A stretch of 64,000 nt of DNA. Origin: Deltaproteobacteria bacterium. Lineage in GTDB: Bacteria; Desulfobacterota; Desulfobacteria; Desulfobacterales; Desulfosarcinaceae. Of this stretch, positions 10,333 through 20,795 are shown piece by piece. The notes under the pieces were generated by a model. The model ran no database searches, was not told the DNA's origin, and was given only the letters and a program-made list of their open reading frames with translations. The position numbers and the translations under genes were made by a program. Position 1 is the first letter of the stretch. Every line of letters begins with the position of its first letter. The DNA lies in assembly GCA_020444075.1 (NCBI GenBank), contig JAHLLR010000001.1:47782-111781 (forward strand). Reading direction: 5' to 3'.

Positions 10333-10544
10333 CGGTTGCCTCCCTTTCCACCGCCGGACGGCGGTACCATCCGTTTGCCAGAAAAAGATTTCAGTAATGG
10401 ACGCCAGGCGCGTCACCCCGGAAGTGTTGAAGCGGCGGGAAGCTAAACGCAGGCAATTCCATCTCAGATCCGCAACCATCGACAGAACAATTTCCACAGG
10501 CACACCCAATCATATTCAGGATGCCGCTTCATGCGGGACATCTC

Positions 10545-10560
10545 AGCAATGATGGTGCCA
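10545..10560 (-). promoter_or_regulatory. sigma54 (-24/-12) promoter upstream of the STAS-like gene
   Basis: Minus strand reads TGGCAC-CATCA-TTGCT, an exact match to the TGGCAC-N5-TTGCW consensus. Confidence 0.75.
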
Positions 10561-10862
10561 GCTTGCAAGACAAATGAGAAACTTAAAAAATATGATTTTA
10601 TATGAAGTAGTTAAAAACGTTCTGATTGATGCTGAACGATTCACCGCCGGCATTCATTGTGGCATAGAATTCCCAGTGTCCATGAAAATCATGTCATAAA
10701 GAAAGGAGCGTCCCCCCCCTGCCGGCATCCCGATGTCATTCGGAGCTAAAGTTTTCTGCAAAAAATCCGATGCTAACACCAGTTGAGGCCTTAAACCATG
10801 AAGTCGAGGCCAGCAGCAGGGAATTCTGTGTGGGTTTATCTGCAACGATGGGAATGGTTTTC

Positions 10863-12731
10863 ATGACCGGTGAACAGGGTAAAGATAACAGGTTTGGCGT
10901 GATTGCCGTGGAAATGAATTTCGTCGACCAGGAAAAGGTGGACAAGGCCCTGGTGGTCCAGTCGCGCATTTTCGAAAAGACACGGGTAAAAATGCCCATC
11001 GGTGAAATATTGACTGAAATGGGCGCCATTTCAGTCGCGGAGCGCGACGAAATCTTAAAGACGCAACGGGAAATTGACGGCAACCCAAAACCCGGTCAAA
11101 CACCCTCCCCCCCCCCAAAAAAGAGCCAGCCCGCCCGGTCCGCCAAGAAAGAAGGCAACGCACTGGATATAAGCGTTTCCAAAGACAAACTGACGGCCTC
11201 GGCCTATATCGACGGAAAGGTACCGGTAACCGAGTTTGACGTCAATGACGTCAAGATCATGCTCCACGCCGAAGGCATTCTCCACGGCATCGCGGACGAT
11301 GCCCGGATCAAGGCATTTTTAAATGGCGATACCAGCGCTGGAGAACGATGGACCATTGCAACCGGGACCGATCCGATCCCGGATACCCCACCGCAGATAA
11401 CTTACCATTTTGATACGGACCCGCTGAAAATCGGTACATTGACCGAAGAGGGTCTGATGGACTGGAAAGAACGGGGACAGTTGCCCCAGGTCAAGGAGGG
11501 AGATCTGCTGGCAGAGAAGATTCCGGGGCCCAAAGGTAAAGAGGGCATGGATATATACGGAAAAAAAATTCCCGTTCCCAAAGTGCGGGAGCAGCGGTTC
11601 AAATGCGGAAAAGGCGCCCGGCGGTCAGAGGACGGCATGCGGGTACACGCCACACTTTCCGGCATCCCCAAATTATCCGTTGCCGGCGACATTTCGGTAA
11701 TGCCGACCCTTCATATCCAGGGTGATATTTCCCTGGCAACCGGACATGTGACATTTGACGGCCATATCGAAGTCACCGGTGCCGTCGAGAAGGGATACCG
11801 GGTGAAGGGGGGAAGCCTGCGGGCCAACGAAATTCACGACGCCCAGATCGATATCGACGGAGATATCACCGCCATGAATGGTATTTTCGGTGCCACCATC
11901 CGAGCTGGCGGCAATTTGAAAGCCGGGCATATTCACAATACCGACATCATCCTGGCTGGCGACATGGCCGTGGAAAAAGAGATCATCGAATCAAAAATTG
12001 AAGCCAATGGCCGCTGCCTGATCAACGATGGAATCATCATCTCCTCCACCATCTCGGCCCGGATGGGAATCACCGCCATGGATATCGGCACGAAAGCGTC
12101 CAAATCCAGCGAAATGATCGTCGGAATTGACCAGCAATTGGAAAGAGAGGCCGAGGCCATCAAAAGTGAAACCCAGGCGATCAAGCTAGCGCGTGAAAAC
12201 CTGCCTAAACTGCTCGAGAACCTCAAAAAGCGATCTGATCAGGTGAATACCCGTCTCGGCGAGGTGGCCCAGGAGCAGGACAAATGCATGGTTCAGCACC
12301 GGCGTCTTCAGGAAAAAGTCGAAGCCGGTCTGCTGAAACAGGGCGATGCTGCCGCGGAAAAGCTTCAAATGACCATCACGGAATTGAAAGCCAAACAGGA
12401 TGCTTATGACCACGATGTGGCCCAACTCATGGAAGAGGATGAATCTATCGTCCAGGAAATCGCGGCCACTGAAACGGCGATCACCGAAAGCGCCACGAAA
12501 ATCCAGGAGTTGAACACGCGCCTGGAGACCATCACCGACACCCAGAAAACGAATCATGGTGTGGCGATGGTCAAAATCGGAGGGAATGTGTTTTCGGGAA
12601 CCAAGATCACCGGTCCGCACAGTTCAATGGTCCTTCAGGAAGACCTGAAACGGCTTTCCATGGTCGAAACGGACAAACCGGACCATGATGGGCTTAAACG
12701 CTGGCGTTTTGAGTTAACTCCCTTTCGATAA
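10863..12731 (+). CDS. FapA (DUF342) family protein with N-terminal MshEN-like domain
   Basis: VKEGDLLAEKIP...G.DIYG, GDISLATGHVTFDGHIEVTG beta-helix, C-terminal coiled coil; two MshEN-like 24-mers at the N-terminus. Confidence 0.85.
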   Translation: MTGEQGKDNRFGVIAVEMNFVDQEKVDKALVVQSRIFEKTRVKMPIGEILTEMGAISVAERDEILKTQREIDGNPKPGQTPSPPPKKSQPARSAKKEGNALDISVSKDKLTASAYIDGKVPVTEFDVNDVKIMLHAEGILHGIADDARIKAFLNGDTSAGERWTIATGTDPIPDTPPQITYHFDTDPLKIGTLTEEGLMDWKERGQLPQVKEGDLLAEKIPGPKGKEGMDIYGKKIPVPKVREQRFKCGKGARRSEDGMRVHATLSGIPKLSVAGDISVMPTLHIQGDISLATGHVTFDGHIEVTGAVEKGYRVKGGSLRANEIHDAQIDIDGDITAMNGIFGATIRAGGNLKAGHIHNTDIILAGDMAVEKEIIESKIEANGRCLINDGIIISSTISARMGITAMDIGTKASKSSEMIVGIDQQLEREAEAIKSETQAIKLARENLPKLLENLKKRSDQVNTRLGEVAQEQDKCMVQHRRLQEKVEAGLLKQGDAAAEKLQMTITELKAKQDAYDHDVAQLMEEDESIVQEIAATETAITESATKIQELNTRLETITDTQKTNHGVAMVKIGGNVFSGTKITGPHSSMVLQEDLKRLSMVETDKPDHDGLKRWRFELTPFR

Positions 12732-13038
12732 GCCAACATTTATTTTTCTGGCCCGATCATTCCCTTCGTCCGACAAGGCCGCCCCAGGGCGTTGGTTTCG
12801 CTCCGGCAATTGCTTTGTCAGGAAATGACGTTTCCCAGTCTGCCGGCCATAATTCCGAAAGCCTTTCCAACACATTAAAATTGTTCTTAATTCAAATAAA
12901 TGCCCCGGGGACTGATTGAGGGGACACCCCTTTGGCGGATCCACCAGGGCTTGCCCTTATGGAAAACAAAAGACGCAGGTGCCCGCAGAGCAATGCGCCG
13001 CTGACGGTTTCCGGGGCATGTCCTGAACCTTTAATCAC

Positions 13039-13067
13039 TTGACTGACAAGGCATTTGCAGATATAGG
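13039..13067 (+). promoter_or_regulatory. sigma70 promoter of hup
   Basis: TTGACT-N17-TATAGG, about 55 bp before the start codon. Confidence 0.55.
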
Positions 13068-13120
13068 TGGCCACCTTAACGGTCCTTATGTTTAAACTTT
13101 AATATGGAGGAGAATGAACA

Positions 13121-13390
13121 ATGAATAAAGGTGATTTGATCAACGAAGTGGCCCAGATCGTTTCTACCAAAAAACAGGCTCAGGAAGTTGTAGATGGTGT
13201 TTTTTCCGCTATCACCGATGCCCTGAAAAAAAATGAACCCATTCAGATCGCCGGTTTTGGCAGTTTCAAGACCGCCAAGCGTGAAGCCCGCACCGGCCGC
13301 AACCCCCAGACCGGTGCAGAGATCAAGATTGAAGCCAGAATGGTTCCCAAGTTCGTACCGGCAAAAGCACTGAAAGACGCTGTTAAATAA
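13121..13390 (+). CDS. hup: HU family histone-like DNA-binding protein
   Basis: MNKGDLI, GFGSF, RTGRNPQTG, PKFVPAKALKDAV. Confidence 0.97.
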   Translation: MNKGDLINEVAQIVSTKKQAQEVVDGVFSAITDALKKNEPIQIAGFGSFKTAKREARTGRNPQTGAEIKIEARMVPKFVPAKALKDAVK

Positions 13391-13411
13391 TCGATTCCTT
13401 CGATCCGTCAC

Positions 13412-13445
13412 AAAAAAGGCAGGGCCGCTGGCCCTGCCTTTTTTT
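13412..13445. terminator. intrinsic terminator (bidirectional form)
   Basis: AAAAAAGGCAGGGCC-GCT-GGCCCTGCCTTTTTTT. Confidence 0.9.
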
Positions 13446-13549
13446 ATGAGCCAGGATGCAGCGTATGGCTTTTCAGACGCCCGAATGACGATCGCCGCAC
13501 GGTATCCTCACATTGACTTTCACCATGGGGGTTGCTAATACAATTAGCC

Positions 13550-15535
13550 ATGGAATCAGGTGAAATTGTAGAATATATTGACGATCAAAAAATCATCTGC
13601 ACGGTGGTCATGGAAAGCGGAAACCAGAGACTCCGGCTGTTGACCGAGCACAATCGAGAGGTCAAAGTGGCCGCACAGCGGCTTTCCCACCGGGGAAGCA
13701 TGCGTCTGGATCTGTCCGCGGGGAGGAACCGTCTGGTGGAAGCGCTGCGGGAACTGTCTCTCAAACGGAATGCCCTTGCCGATGAAATCGAGATCGAAGC
13801 GCTCTGGGAAATCCTCAACCAGGAACAGACATGGATCGATCTGGAAACCATGGTCGGCCTGTGTTTCCCAAAGGCAGTGGACGATGATCACCAATCGGGA
13901 GTAATCCGCGCCTTGTTTAAAAGCCGGCGCTATTTCAAATTCAAGCCCGACCGATTCCTACCCCATACTGAAGAACAGGTTGCCGCCATCATCGAAATAG
14001 AGCAAAAAGCCGCCCATAAGGATCGACTCATTGAAGCCGGTGCAGCATGGATCCAGTCTGTCCGGTCGGGATCGAACGCCCAGCCGCCGGCATGCCACCA
14101 GGAACTGACGGAGAAATTTAAATCATTTTACCTGTTCGATAAAGAGAGCCCCCATTACGAAACGGTCCGGGCGATTATGAAAAAGGCCGATCTCACATCA
14201 TCTGAAGCCATCTTCAACCATCTGGTGGGCGTTGGCGTGTGGACACCGGATGAGAATGTGGATCTGTTACGGTTCAGAATCCCCACTGATTTTTCGCCAT
14301 CGATCCTTGAACAGGCCCAGTCGGTGCCAGCGGCTACGGCGGGTATTTTCAAAGACAGCGGCCGGGTGGATCTTACCCACCTGACGACCATCACCATCGA
14401 TGGTCAGTCCACCCTGGATTTCGATGATGCACTGAGCATCGAAACCCGGGACGATCATTTTCTTGTGGGGATCCACATCTCCGATGTGGCCCAGCATATC
14501 AAAAAGGGGGACCTGCTGGACCGGGAGGCACGCTCCCGCGGAAGTTCCATCTATATGCCGGACAACCGGATCTCCATGGCGCCGCCACTGCTGGCTGAAA
14601 ACCGATTGAGCCTGAAAAAGGATCATCTTCGTCCGGCGATCAGCACCATGGTGAAAATCAACCTGTCCGGCGACATCATCAGCTACGATATTTTCCCCTC
14701 CATCATTCGCGTCGACCATCAACTCAGTTATTTCGAAGCCAACGTCAGTGCAGAAGAGGGCGAGGCCATCTCGACCCTCTACACCATCGCCACCCGATTC
14801 AGGGAAAAACGCCTTAGCCAGGGCGCCATCCAGATCACCCTTCCGGAAATCAACATCTGGCTGGATGAATCGGGCGCTCCCGTGGTCAATCGGGTAAACC
14901 GTGAAAGTCCGGGCCGATTGCTGATCGCCGAGATGATGATCCTGTCCAACTGGCTGTCGGCCCGTTTTCTTGTTGAGAACAACACGCCGGCCATTTTCAG
15001 ATCGCAACCAAAACCCAAGGACCGCATTCTTAAAAACGGCACCGGTTCTCTTTTTCAGAACTGGATGCAGCGAAAACTGCTCAACCGGTTTGCGCTGCGG
15101 TCCGTACCGGATCATCACTGCGGACTGGGCCTCGATGCCTATGTAACCGCCACCTCGCCCATCAGGAAGTATTTCGATCTGGTCACCCAGCGCCAGCTCC
15201 GGGCGGTACTGGGCCTTGAAAAAGCCTACACGGAAAGGGAGATCGATGAAATTATCGGGCAACTGGCTCAGCCCATGGCCGATGTGGGAAGAATTCAGTT
15301 TCGCAGAAACCGCTACTGGCTGCTCAAACACCTGGAAGGACGAATCGGCGGCAAAGAGGAGGCCATCGTACTGCAGCGGCGGAGAAATGCCTATTCCATC
15401 CTGCTCAAGGCCTACATGATCGAATGCCCTCTGCCCCAGTCCAGCGGCATTGACCTGAAGCCCGAGGATCTGGTGCAGGTCACCATCCAGCATGTCAACG
15501 CGCGCAACAACACCCTTTCCGTATTCATGGGATAG
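13550..15535 (+). CDS. ribonuclease II/R (RNB domain) exoribonuclease
   Basis: TIDGQSTLDFDDALS catalytic motif, HISDV, ATSPIRKYFDL, C-terminal S1-like region. Confidence 0.92.
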   Translation: MESGEIVEYIDDQKIICTVVMESGNQRLRLLTEHNREVKVAAQRLSHRGSMRLDLSAGRNRLVEALRELSLKRNALADEIEIEALWEILNQEQTWIDLETMVGLCFPKAVDDDHQSGVIRALFKSRRYFKFKPDRFLPHTEEQVAAIIEIEQKAAHKDRLIEAGAAWIQSVRSGSNAQPPACHQELTEKFKSFYLFDKESPHYETVRAIMKKADLTSSEAIFNHLVGVGVWTPDENVDLLRFRIPTDFSPSILEQAQSVPAATAGIFKDSGRVDLTHLTTITIDGQSTLDFDDALSIETRDDHFLVGIHISDVAQHIKKGDLLDREARSRGSSIYMPDNRISMAPPLLAENRLSLKKDHLRPAISTMVKINLSGDIISYDIFPSIIRVDHQLSYFEANVSAEEGEAISTLYTIATRFREKRLSQGAIQITLPEINIWLDESGAPVVNRVNRESPGRLLIAEMMILSNWLSARFLVENNTPAIFRSQPKPKDRILKNGTGSLFQNWMQRKLLNRFALRSVPDHHCGLGLDAYVTATSPIRKYFDLVTQRQLRAVLGLEKAYTEREIDEIIGQLAQPMADVGRIQFRRNRYWLLKHLEGRIGGKEEAIVLQRRRNAYSILLKAYMIECPLPQSSGIDLKPEDLVQVTIQHVNARNNTLSVFMG

Positions 15536-15775
15536 CCGCCAAACGATGACCGCGGTGCCTTAACGGACGGGGAAAAACCCCATTGCTTCCCGTTTTATGC
15601 CCCACGGTCAATTCCACCGTTTCCGCCCCCGTTTCCACCCGGCCGATCACCTTTCGCACCACTTGACTATTTTCCTTATAGACTTATTTTTTAAAGTTTT
15701 TGTTACCGGCTGAACCATCCCTGTCAACCATCAAGCAGCCAAAGCAGGGACCAGAGAAAATTCGGGAGTTTTCCC

Positions 15776-15830
15776 TTGACCCTCGGAATATTATTCACTA
15801 TAGAGACGTTTTCTAAATAAATAACATTCA
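15776..15830 (+). promoter_or_regulatory. sigma70 promoter with two TGAAT-N3-ATTCA-like operators upstream of tetR
   Basis: TTGACC-N17-TATAGA; GGAATATTATTCA (15785-15797) lies in the spacer and TAAATAACATTCA (15818-15830) downstream. Confidence 0.6.
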
Positions 15831-15845
15831 GGAAGCCATTGCATC

Positions 15846-16481
15846 ATGGGTATTCAGGAACGAAAAGAGAGAGAAAAGGAACGGCGGCGGCAGCAGATTA
15901 TCGTTGCAGCAAAACGGGTGTTTTCTGAAAAGGGATTCAACAAGGCAACCATGGAGGATATTGCCAAAGAGGCGGAGCTGAGCCCGGGCACCCTCTATCT
16001 CTATTTCAAGAACAAAGAGGAGCTTTACGCCTCCCTGTCGCTGCGAATTCTCCAATACCTCCACATCCGGGTCACCCACGTCAACAAAGAGACGACCCTG
16101 TCCCCCGATCAGAAGCTAAGCGCGCTCATGGAAGCCATGTACGACGTCTATGACTTCGACCCGCTGATCATCATCAACATGTTTCACCTTCAATCCAGCG
16201 AGACCCTGAAAAACCTGTCCGAATCGCTGCTGGAGGAAATTAAGGATTTGTCCCAGAAATCCATCGGCGCCATCGCCAAGATATTTGAAGAGGGGATGGC
16301 AACAGGCATCTATGCCGATCGGCATCCCGTGGCCCTGGCCGACATTTTCTGGTCCATGTTCTCCGGCGTTGTGCTCTGGGAAGCCAGCAAGAAGATTATC
16401 AGCTCGGACAAGGATTACCTGAAATCCACCCTGGCCACGGCCTTCGAACTTTTTGAACGGGGAATCCGGAAACCGCTCTAA
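15846..16481 (+). CDS. TetR/AcrR family transcriptional regulator
   Basis: AAKRVFSEKGFNKATMEDIAKEAELSPGTLYLYFKNKEEL HTH. Confidence 0.95.
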   Translation: MGIQERKEREKERRRQQIIVAAKRVFSEKGFNKATMEDIAKEAELSPGTLYLYFKNKEELYASLSLRILQYLHIRVTHVNKETTLSPDQKLSALMEAMYDVYDFDPLIIINMFHLQSSETLKNLSESLLEEIKDLSQKSIGAIAKIFEEGMATGIYADRHPVALADIFWSMFSGVVLWEASKKIISSDKDYLKSTLATAFELFERGIRKPL

Positions 16482-16750
16482 CCGCAAGGGTGTTGCAAAA
16501 CATCACGAGCGAAGGCAAAAATCGGCGGGAAAAGGAGTTCTTGTCCGGCAATTGAGCATCTTCAGCCGAATGACAACACGGACTCGCCAGACGCCATTGT
16601 TTTTCAACAGTTTTCTAAAGCGGCAAACCCTTTCCCCCTTATCGGCGGTCAATCAATTCCATACTTTTCAGACAAGCCGGCACCTGTTGCCGGCTTGAAA
16701 ATTTTCGAGTGGATGAGTTTTCTCAATCCCCGAAGGCAAGCGAGCGCACC

Positions 16751-17440
16751 ATGATCGGCACCATAGTGAATGCAGTGGCAATAATAGCAGGCGGGGTCTT
16801 TGGTCTCCTCCTCAAAAAGGGAATTAAAGACCGCTACAAAATGACCATCATGCAGGCCATCGGCCTGTCCGTCGTTCTCATCGGAGTCCGTTCCGCATTA
16901 AATGCAACCGATCTTCTCGAGATCATCATCTGCATGGTCGTCGGCAGCCTGCTGGGGGAGGCCATGCGGATCGAGGACCGTATCGAAGCCCTGGGAGCCT
17001 ATGCCGAAAAACATTTCAGCCGATCGGCCGATGGTGGTTTTTCAAAAGGATTGGTTACGGCCAGCCTGGTTTTCTGTGTGGGGTCCATGGCTATCGTGGG
17101 ATCACTGGAAAGCGGACTGGCAGGGAACCATGAAACCCTGTTTGCCAAGTCGCTGCTGGATGGCATCACATCGGTGGTCTTCGCCTCCACATTCGGAAGC
17201 GGGGTAATCTTCTCTGCCGCACCGGTATTGGTTTATCAGGGTGCAATCACCCTGGGGGCATCGCTGCTCAGGCCGTTTCTCACTTCCGGTGTGATCGCCC
17301 AGATGTCAGGGGTGGGCGGACTGCTGATTGCCGCCATCGGTATCAACATGCTGCGACTGGCCCACATAAAGGTCGGCAACATGCTTCCGGCCATTTTCCT
17401 GCCGCTGATCTATTATATGGTGCGCGAGCTCTTTCGGTGA
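16751..17440 (+). CDS. DUF554 family membrane protein
   Basis: MIGTIVNAVAII, FCVGSMAIVGSLESGL, KSLLDG, KVGNMLPA. Confidence 0.9.
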   Translation: MIGTIVNAVAIIAGGVFGLLLKKGIKDRYKMTIMQAIGLSVVLIGVRSALNATDLLEIIICMVVGSLLGEAMRIEDRIEALGAYAEKHFSRSADGGFSKGLVTASLVFCVGSMAIVGSLESGLAGNHETLFAKSLLDGITSVVFASTFGSGVIFSAAPVLVYQGAITLGASLLRPFLTSGVIAQMSGVGGLLIAAIGINMLRLAHIKVGNMLPAIFLPLIYYMVRELFR

Positions 17441-17449
17441 AGGGAATAT

Positions 17450-17477
17450 AAAAACCCCGCCATGGGACGGGGTTTTT
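17450..17477. terminator. bidirectional intrinsic terminator between convergent genes
   Basis: AAAAACCCCG-N8-CGGGGTTTTT. Confidence 0.8.
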
Positions 17478-17518
17478 GTGGTGTTGCATCTAACCGGGGG
17501 AACGCATCGAACGCGAAC

Positions 17519-17995
17519 CTATTCTTTCGGATGGCACTCGATACAGCCGGTAGGACCGGTGGTCGGGAGTTTACCATCGATTCCGGCAAGGGTGGTGGCC
17601 ATCTGCTGAATTTCCTGTTTCATGGTTTTGTGACATCCGATGCACTTACCATGGTATGCGTTTTTATAGAATCGGAAGGCCTGGTCCTTATCGATGGCCT
17701 TGGAATCTTCTTTTCTGGGCAGGGTATCCAGATCGTGGCAACCGGCGGTCATGCATCCGGTAATGGGCTCCGTGAATTCCCAGGTGTGGTGGCAGGCGTT
17801 GCAGGCTTTGACAAAATGACGACTATGCTGGAACTCCACGGCGGACCGCTTGGCCTCCACCGAATCCGGCGGTTCCAGGGTGATGATCCCCATGGGAACA
17901 CACATCTCTTCATCTCCGGCAATGGCAATTCCCAGCGAGGCACAGGCAATAATACCGATGAGCAACACCACCCCCACATACGATTGGCTACGCAT
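17519..17995 (-). CDS. tetraheme cytochrome c3 family protein
   Basis: Signal peptide, FQHSRH, four heme motifs: CNACH, CMTAGCH, CIGCH, CIECH. Confidence 0.92.
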   Translation of the reverse strand: MRSQSYVGVVLLIGIIACASLGIAIAGDEEMCVPMGIITLEPPDSVEAKRSAVEFQHSRHFVKACNACHHTWEFTEPITGCMTAGCHDLDTLPRKEDSKAIDKDQAFRFYKNAYHGKCIGCHKTMKQEIQQMATTLAGIDGKLPTTGPTGCIECHPKE

Positions 17996-18170
17996 ACGCT
18001 TCCCCCTCCTCAATTCTTAGCTTGGGCTTTAATCAGTGAAAAACGAAGCAGATATAAACCCAAATAGAAAATTTTTCAATGAATAATTGCCGGGCGTCCG
18101 CACCGGCATCCGCGTCCATCCCTGTTGCTCCGGTTGCATGCCGCTTGCAAGGATCGGCAAAAAAACCCAT

Positions 18171-20795
18171 TTATCTGCGCACGGCGCGAACGGCACCGCA
18201 ACTATCCTCGGTTTTTGAAGTCCTCTCGAACACGGTTTCCGGCACGGTCGTCACCACATCCACGACCCGGTGATATCCTCTTGCAAAGGTTTCGGACGTC
18301 CAGTACCACGCGGCGCCGGTACCGGGGAAAAAAGGACTGTTTTTATAGAGTGCGGCCAGTTCGCCGGCCGTGGGAAGACGCCAGTCCGAATGGCCGCCAG
18401 TGGTCAATCCCTGCACGTATGCTTTGGCTGCTTGAAAGGGGATGCATTTTCCCAGATCCAGATGAGAATCCAGCAGGCACCAGGTAAGCCCGGTGATCTG
18501 GTCGGTAACCGTACCATCCCGGTGGTCCACGAAGCGGCTCGCCACAGGGCGCAACTGCCTGGCCACCTGATCCCGGAGCCGCTGAATTCGCTGAGCCTCT
18601 TTGGCCCGTCGGGCCTGTTCCGCCTGCTGCCGGGCCAATGCCTCGCGCCGTGCCGCTTCTGCCCGCTGGGCGCGAATGGCTTCCTGAAGTTCCGGGTCGA
18701 GCTGGGCCCTCAGCTTTTTGGCCAGCATGACATAAGGACCCGATGCCTGGTTCTCCATATACCTGTCCAACCGCTGGATCCGGCTGACTATGTCGTTAGC
18801 CGGATTGGAAGCGTAGGCCGCTGTTTTTTCCCAGGCCACCTGCTTGGCAGAATCGGCATTCAATGCATTGATACGCTGAACGATAACCTCTTTTTGGGAG
18901 GTGTCCGGCCGTTCTTCAAGATAGTCGACATAGATCTTTTTGGCTTTGGCATAATCGTCAGCCACCAGGGCCGCCTTGCCTTCCAGTTCGACAACATCCT
19001 TTTTGTCCTGAAGCACGCTGCGCAGCATCCTGACCTTATCCGCCGAAGCCCCATCGGTGAAAGCGGACAGGAACCGGTCGCATTGGGCGATGCAGTCGTC
19101 CCAATTTCCCCGGGCATCGCAAGTGGCGGTCTGCTTCTCGATGGCCCCGTAATATTCTTGGGCCAGATCGATGATCATCCGTTCCACGGCCTCTCGCTCC
19201 GCACCTTGCGGAAACTGCTCCAGATAATCCCGATAGGCAGCGTAACGCTCAAGAAAATCGGTGGTATCAACCTTTTTCAGATCCTCGAAATGGGCGGTCC
19301 CCAGCAGGTTCCGAATGCCGTCAATGGCTTCATTGATCTGCTTGGCGTAAGGGCTTTGGGGAAACTTTCTTAAAAAGGCGGTATACAGGGAAAGGGCCTT
19401 TTTCTCGTAATTCTCGTCAACCGCCAGTCCATTGACAGCCAGAATGGTTTTTTCATAGTCCAGCTTTTCAATTTCGGCATTGACATCAGTCAGCCGGGCT
19501 TCCAGTTCCGACCGATGGGCATCCTCAGGATAGGCTTTGAGGTATTGCATCAGCATCACAATCTGGGCGTCAAGCGCTTTGGTGACCTCGAGGTCGGCGA
19601 TCAACTGGTCGTACCGGCGATTGATCTGTCTGTTTTTGAGCAGTTTTCCCCCGACGGTAACCACTGCCGCAAAAAGAATCACCACCCCCAATACGATGAG
19701 CAGTTTTCCGGTCCTTCCCATCTGGTCCTGTTTGCCCACCGATCGATCGGTCGCTTTTTCAAAAGGCTGGGCAACAGACGATTCCGGTGGGGGTGGAGGG
19801 ATTGCCGCTTTTTCGGAGGACGCCTGCTGAACCGGCTTCGAGTCTTTTTTAAGGGGCTTTTTTAGCGGTTGGGTTTCTCTTTTTATTTTCGGTTGGCTCG
19901 CCGGCGGAGCTTTTTCAGGTTTGAGGGGGGGGACGGGTACCTGACGATCCGGGGAAGCAGGCGGCGCCTGATCACCGGCCTCGTCTTTGATTTTCAGGCT
20001 CTCCATCATCACGCTCATGAGCGGATCGTGGATTTCTCTAACCCGGTCGGGGTCCGCCGCTTCAATCTGAATGGCGGCGTTGTCCCAGCTGATGATCCGG
20101 TAGGCGGCTTCGTTGCCGGTCTGCCCCGCATACTGCGCCGCGATAAGGCTGCCGCCATCAAGATAGAGGTAGCCGCTGCGGTTACCGCTGGTTACTTTTA
20201 GGGAATAGGTGGCACCTTCCATTTCCGACATCTGAAGAAACGAAGGAAGGCTGATGCCGTGGATCTGCCCGCCCACGTCGGAAATGGTTTCAATCTTTTT
20301 TTTGCTTAAAAACTTTTGAACCAGGGTTGCCAGCTGGTTGTAATCCTCTTCGCTCATGCTGGATGAGCAGAATCCCAGGAGGACTTCGATTTTGCCCGGG
20401 TCCTGGCGCCAGGGCCACAGGGCACCGTAGAACGAGCCGGTTTTCAGTTTTTTCAGGAATAGGGCCTGATCCTTGCGGATGCCGCCCAGATGTTTCACCG
20501 TAGGGTCGAAGCGCAGAGAGACGGGAAGACCTTTCCCGGGGGCTTTGGCCGGTTTGCCGAAAAACGAGGACAGGATCTCCACCAGTTCCTCCAGAGAGTG
20601 CCCCTTGGAGGTCACCTGGTAGAGGCTCCGCGGCTCCTCATAGAACCGGATGCTCATATCCGGCAGATCATCGACACCTTTTGCCAGCGTCAGGAATCCG
20701 ACCAATACGGCCTCGTTTGTGGCAATATCCCGGATTTCCTTGCTGTCGCCGGTCAACATTTCTTCGATCAGCGGTACCCCCATGGGCTGTCGCAT
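18171..20795 (-). CDS. membrane-anchored multidomain protein: N-terminal unknown + DUF4388/PATAN + TM + helical repeats + DUF1566 (Lcl-C)
   Basis: [10 protein letters not shown]...[12 protein letters not shown]...AAYRIISW; Pro-rich linker; [17 protein letters not shown]; [12 protein letters not shown]...[10 protein letters not shown]. Confidence 0.85.
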   Translation of the reverse strand: MRQPMGVPLIEEMLTGDSKEIRDIATNEAVLVGFLTLAKGVDDLPDMSIRFYEEPRSLYQVTSKGHSLEELVEILSSFFGKPAKAPGKGLPVSLRFDPTVKHLGGIRKDQALFLKKLKTGSFYGALWPWRQDPGKIEVLLGFCSSSMSEEDYNQLATLVQKFLSKKKIETISDVGGQIHGISLPSFLQMSEMEGATYSLKVTSGNRSGYLYLDGGSLIAAQYAGQTGNEAAYRIISWDNAAIQIEAADPDRVREIHDPLMSVMMESLKIKDEAGDQAPPASPDRQVPVPPLKPEKAPPASQPKIKRETQPLKKPLKKDSKPVQQASSEKAAIPPPPPESSVAQPFEKATDRSVGKQDQMGRTGKLLIVLGVVILFAAVVTVGGKLLKNRQINRRYDQLIADLEVTKALDAQIVMLMQYLKAYPEDAHRSELEARLTDVNAEIEKLDYEKTILAVNGLAVDENYEKKALSLYTAFLRKFPQSPYAKQINEAIDGIRNLLGTAHFEDLKKVDTTDFLERYAAYRDYLEQFPQGAEREAVERMIIDLAQEYYGAIEKQTATCDARGNWDDCIAQCDRFLSAFTDGASADKVRMLRSVLQDKKDVVELEGKAALVADDYAKAKKIYVDYLEERPDTSQKEVIVQRINALNADSAKQVAWEKTAAYASNPANDIVSRIQRLDRYMENQASGPYVMLAKKLRAQLDPELQEAIRAQRAEAARREALARQQAEQARRAKEAQRIQRLRDQVARQLRPVASRFVDHRDGTVTDQITGLTWCLLDSHLDLGKCIPFQAAKAYVQGLTTGGHSDWRLPTAGELAALYKNSPFFPGTGAAWYWTSETFARGYHRVVDVVTTVPETVFERTSKTEDSCGAVRAVRR

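Noticed and set aside
10384-10506. Cys-rich 40-aa uORF (MIGCACGNCSVDGC...) in the STAS-gene leader
   Set aside because: No RBS and no recognisable family; cannot be supported
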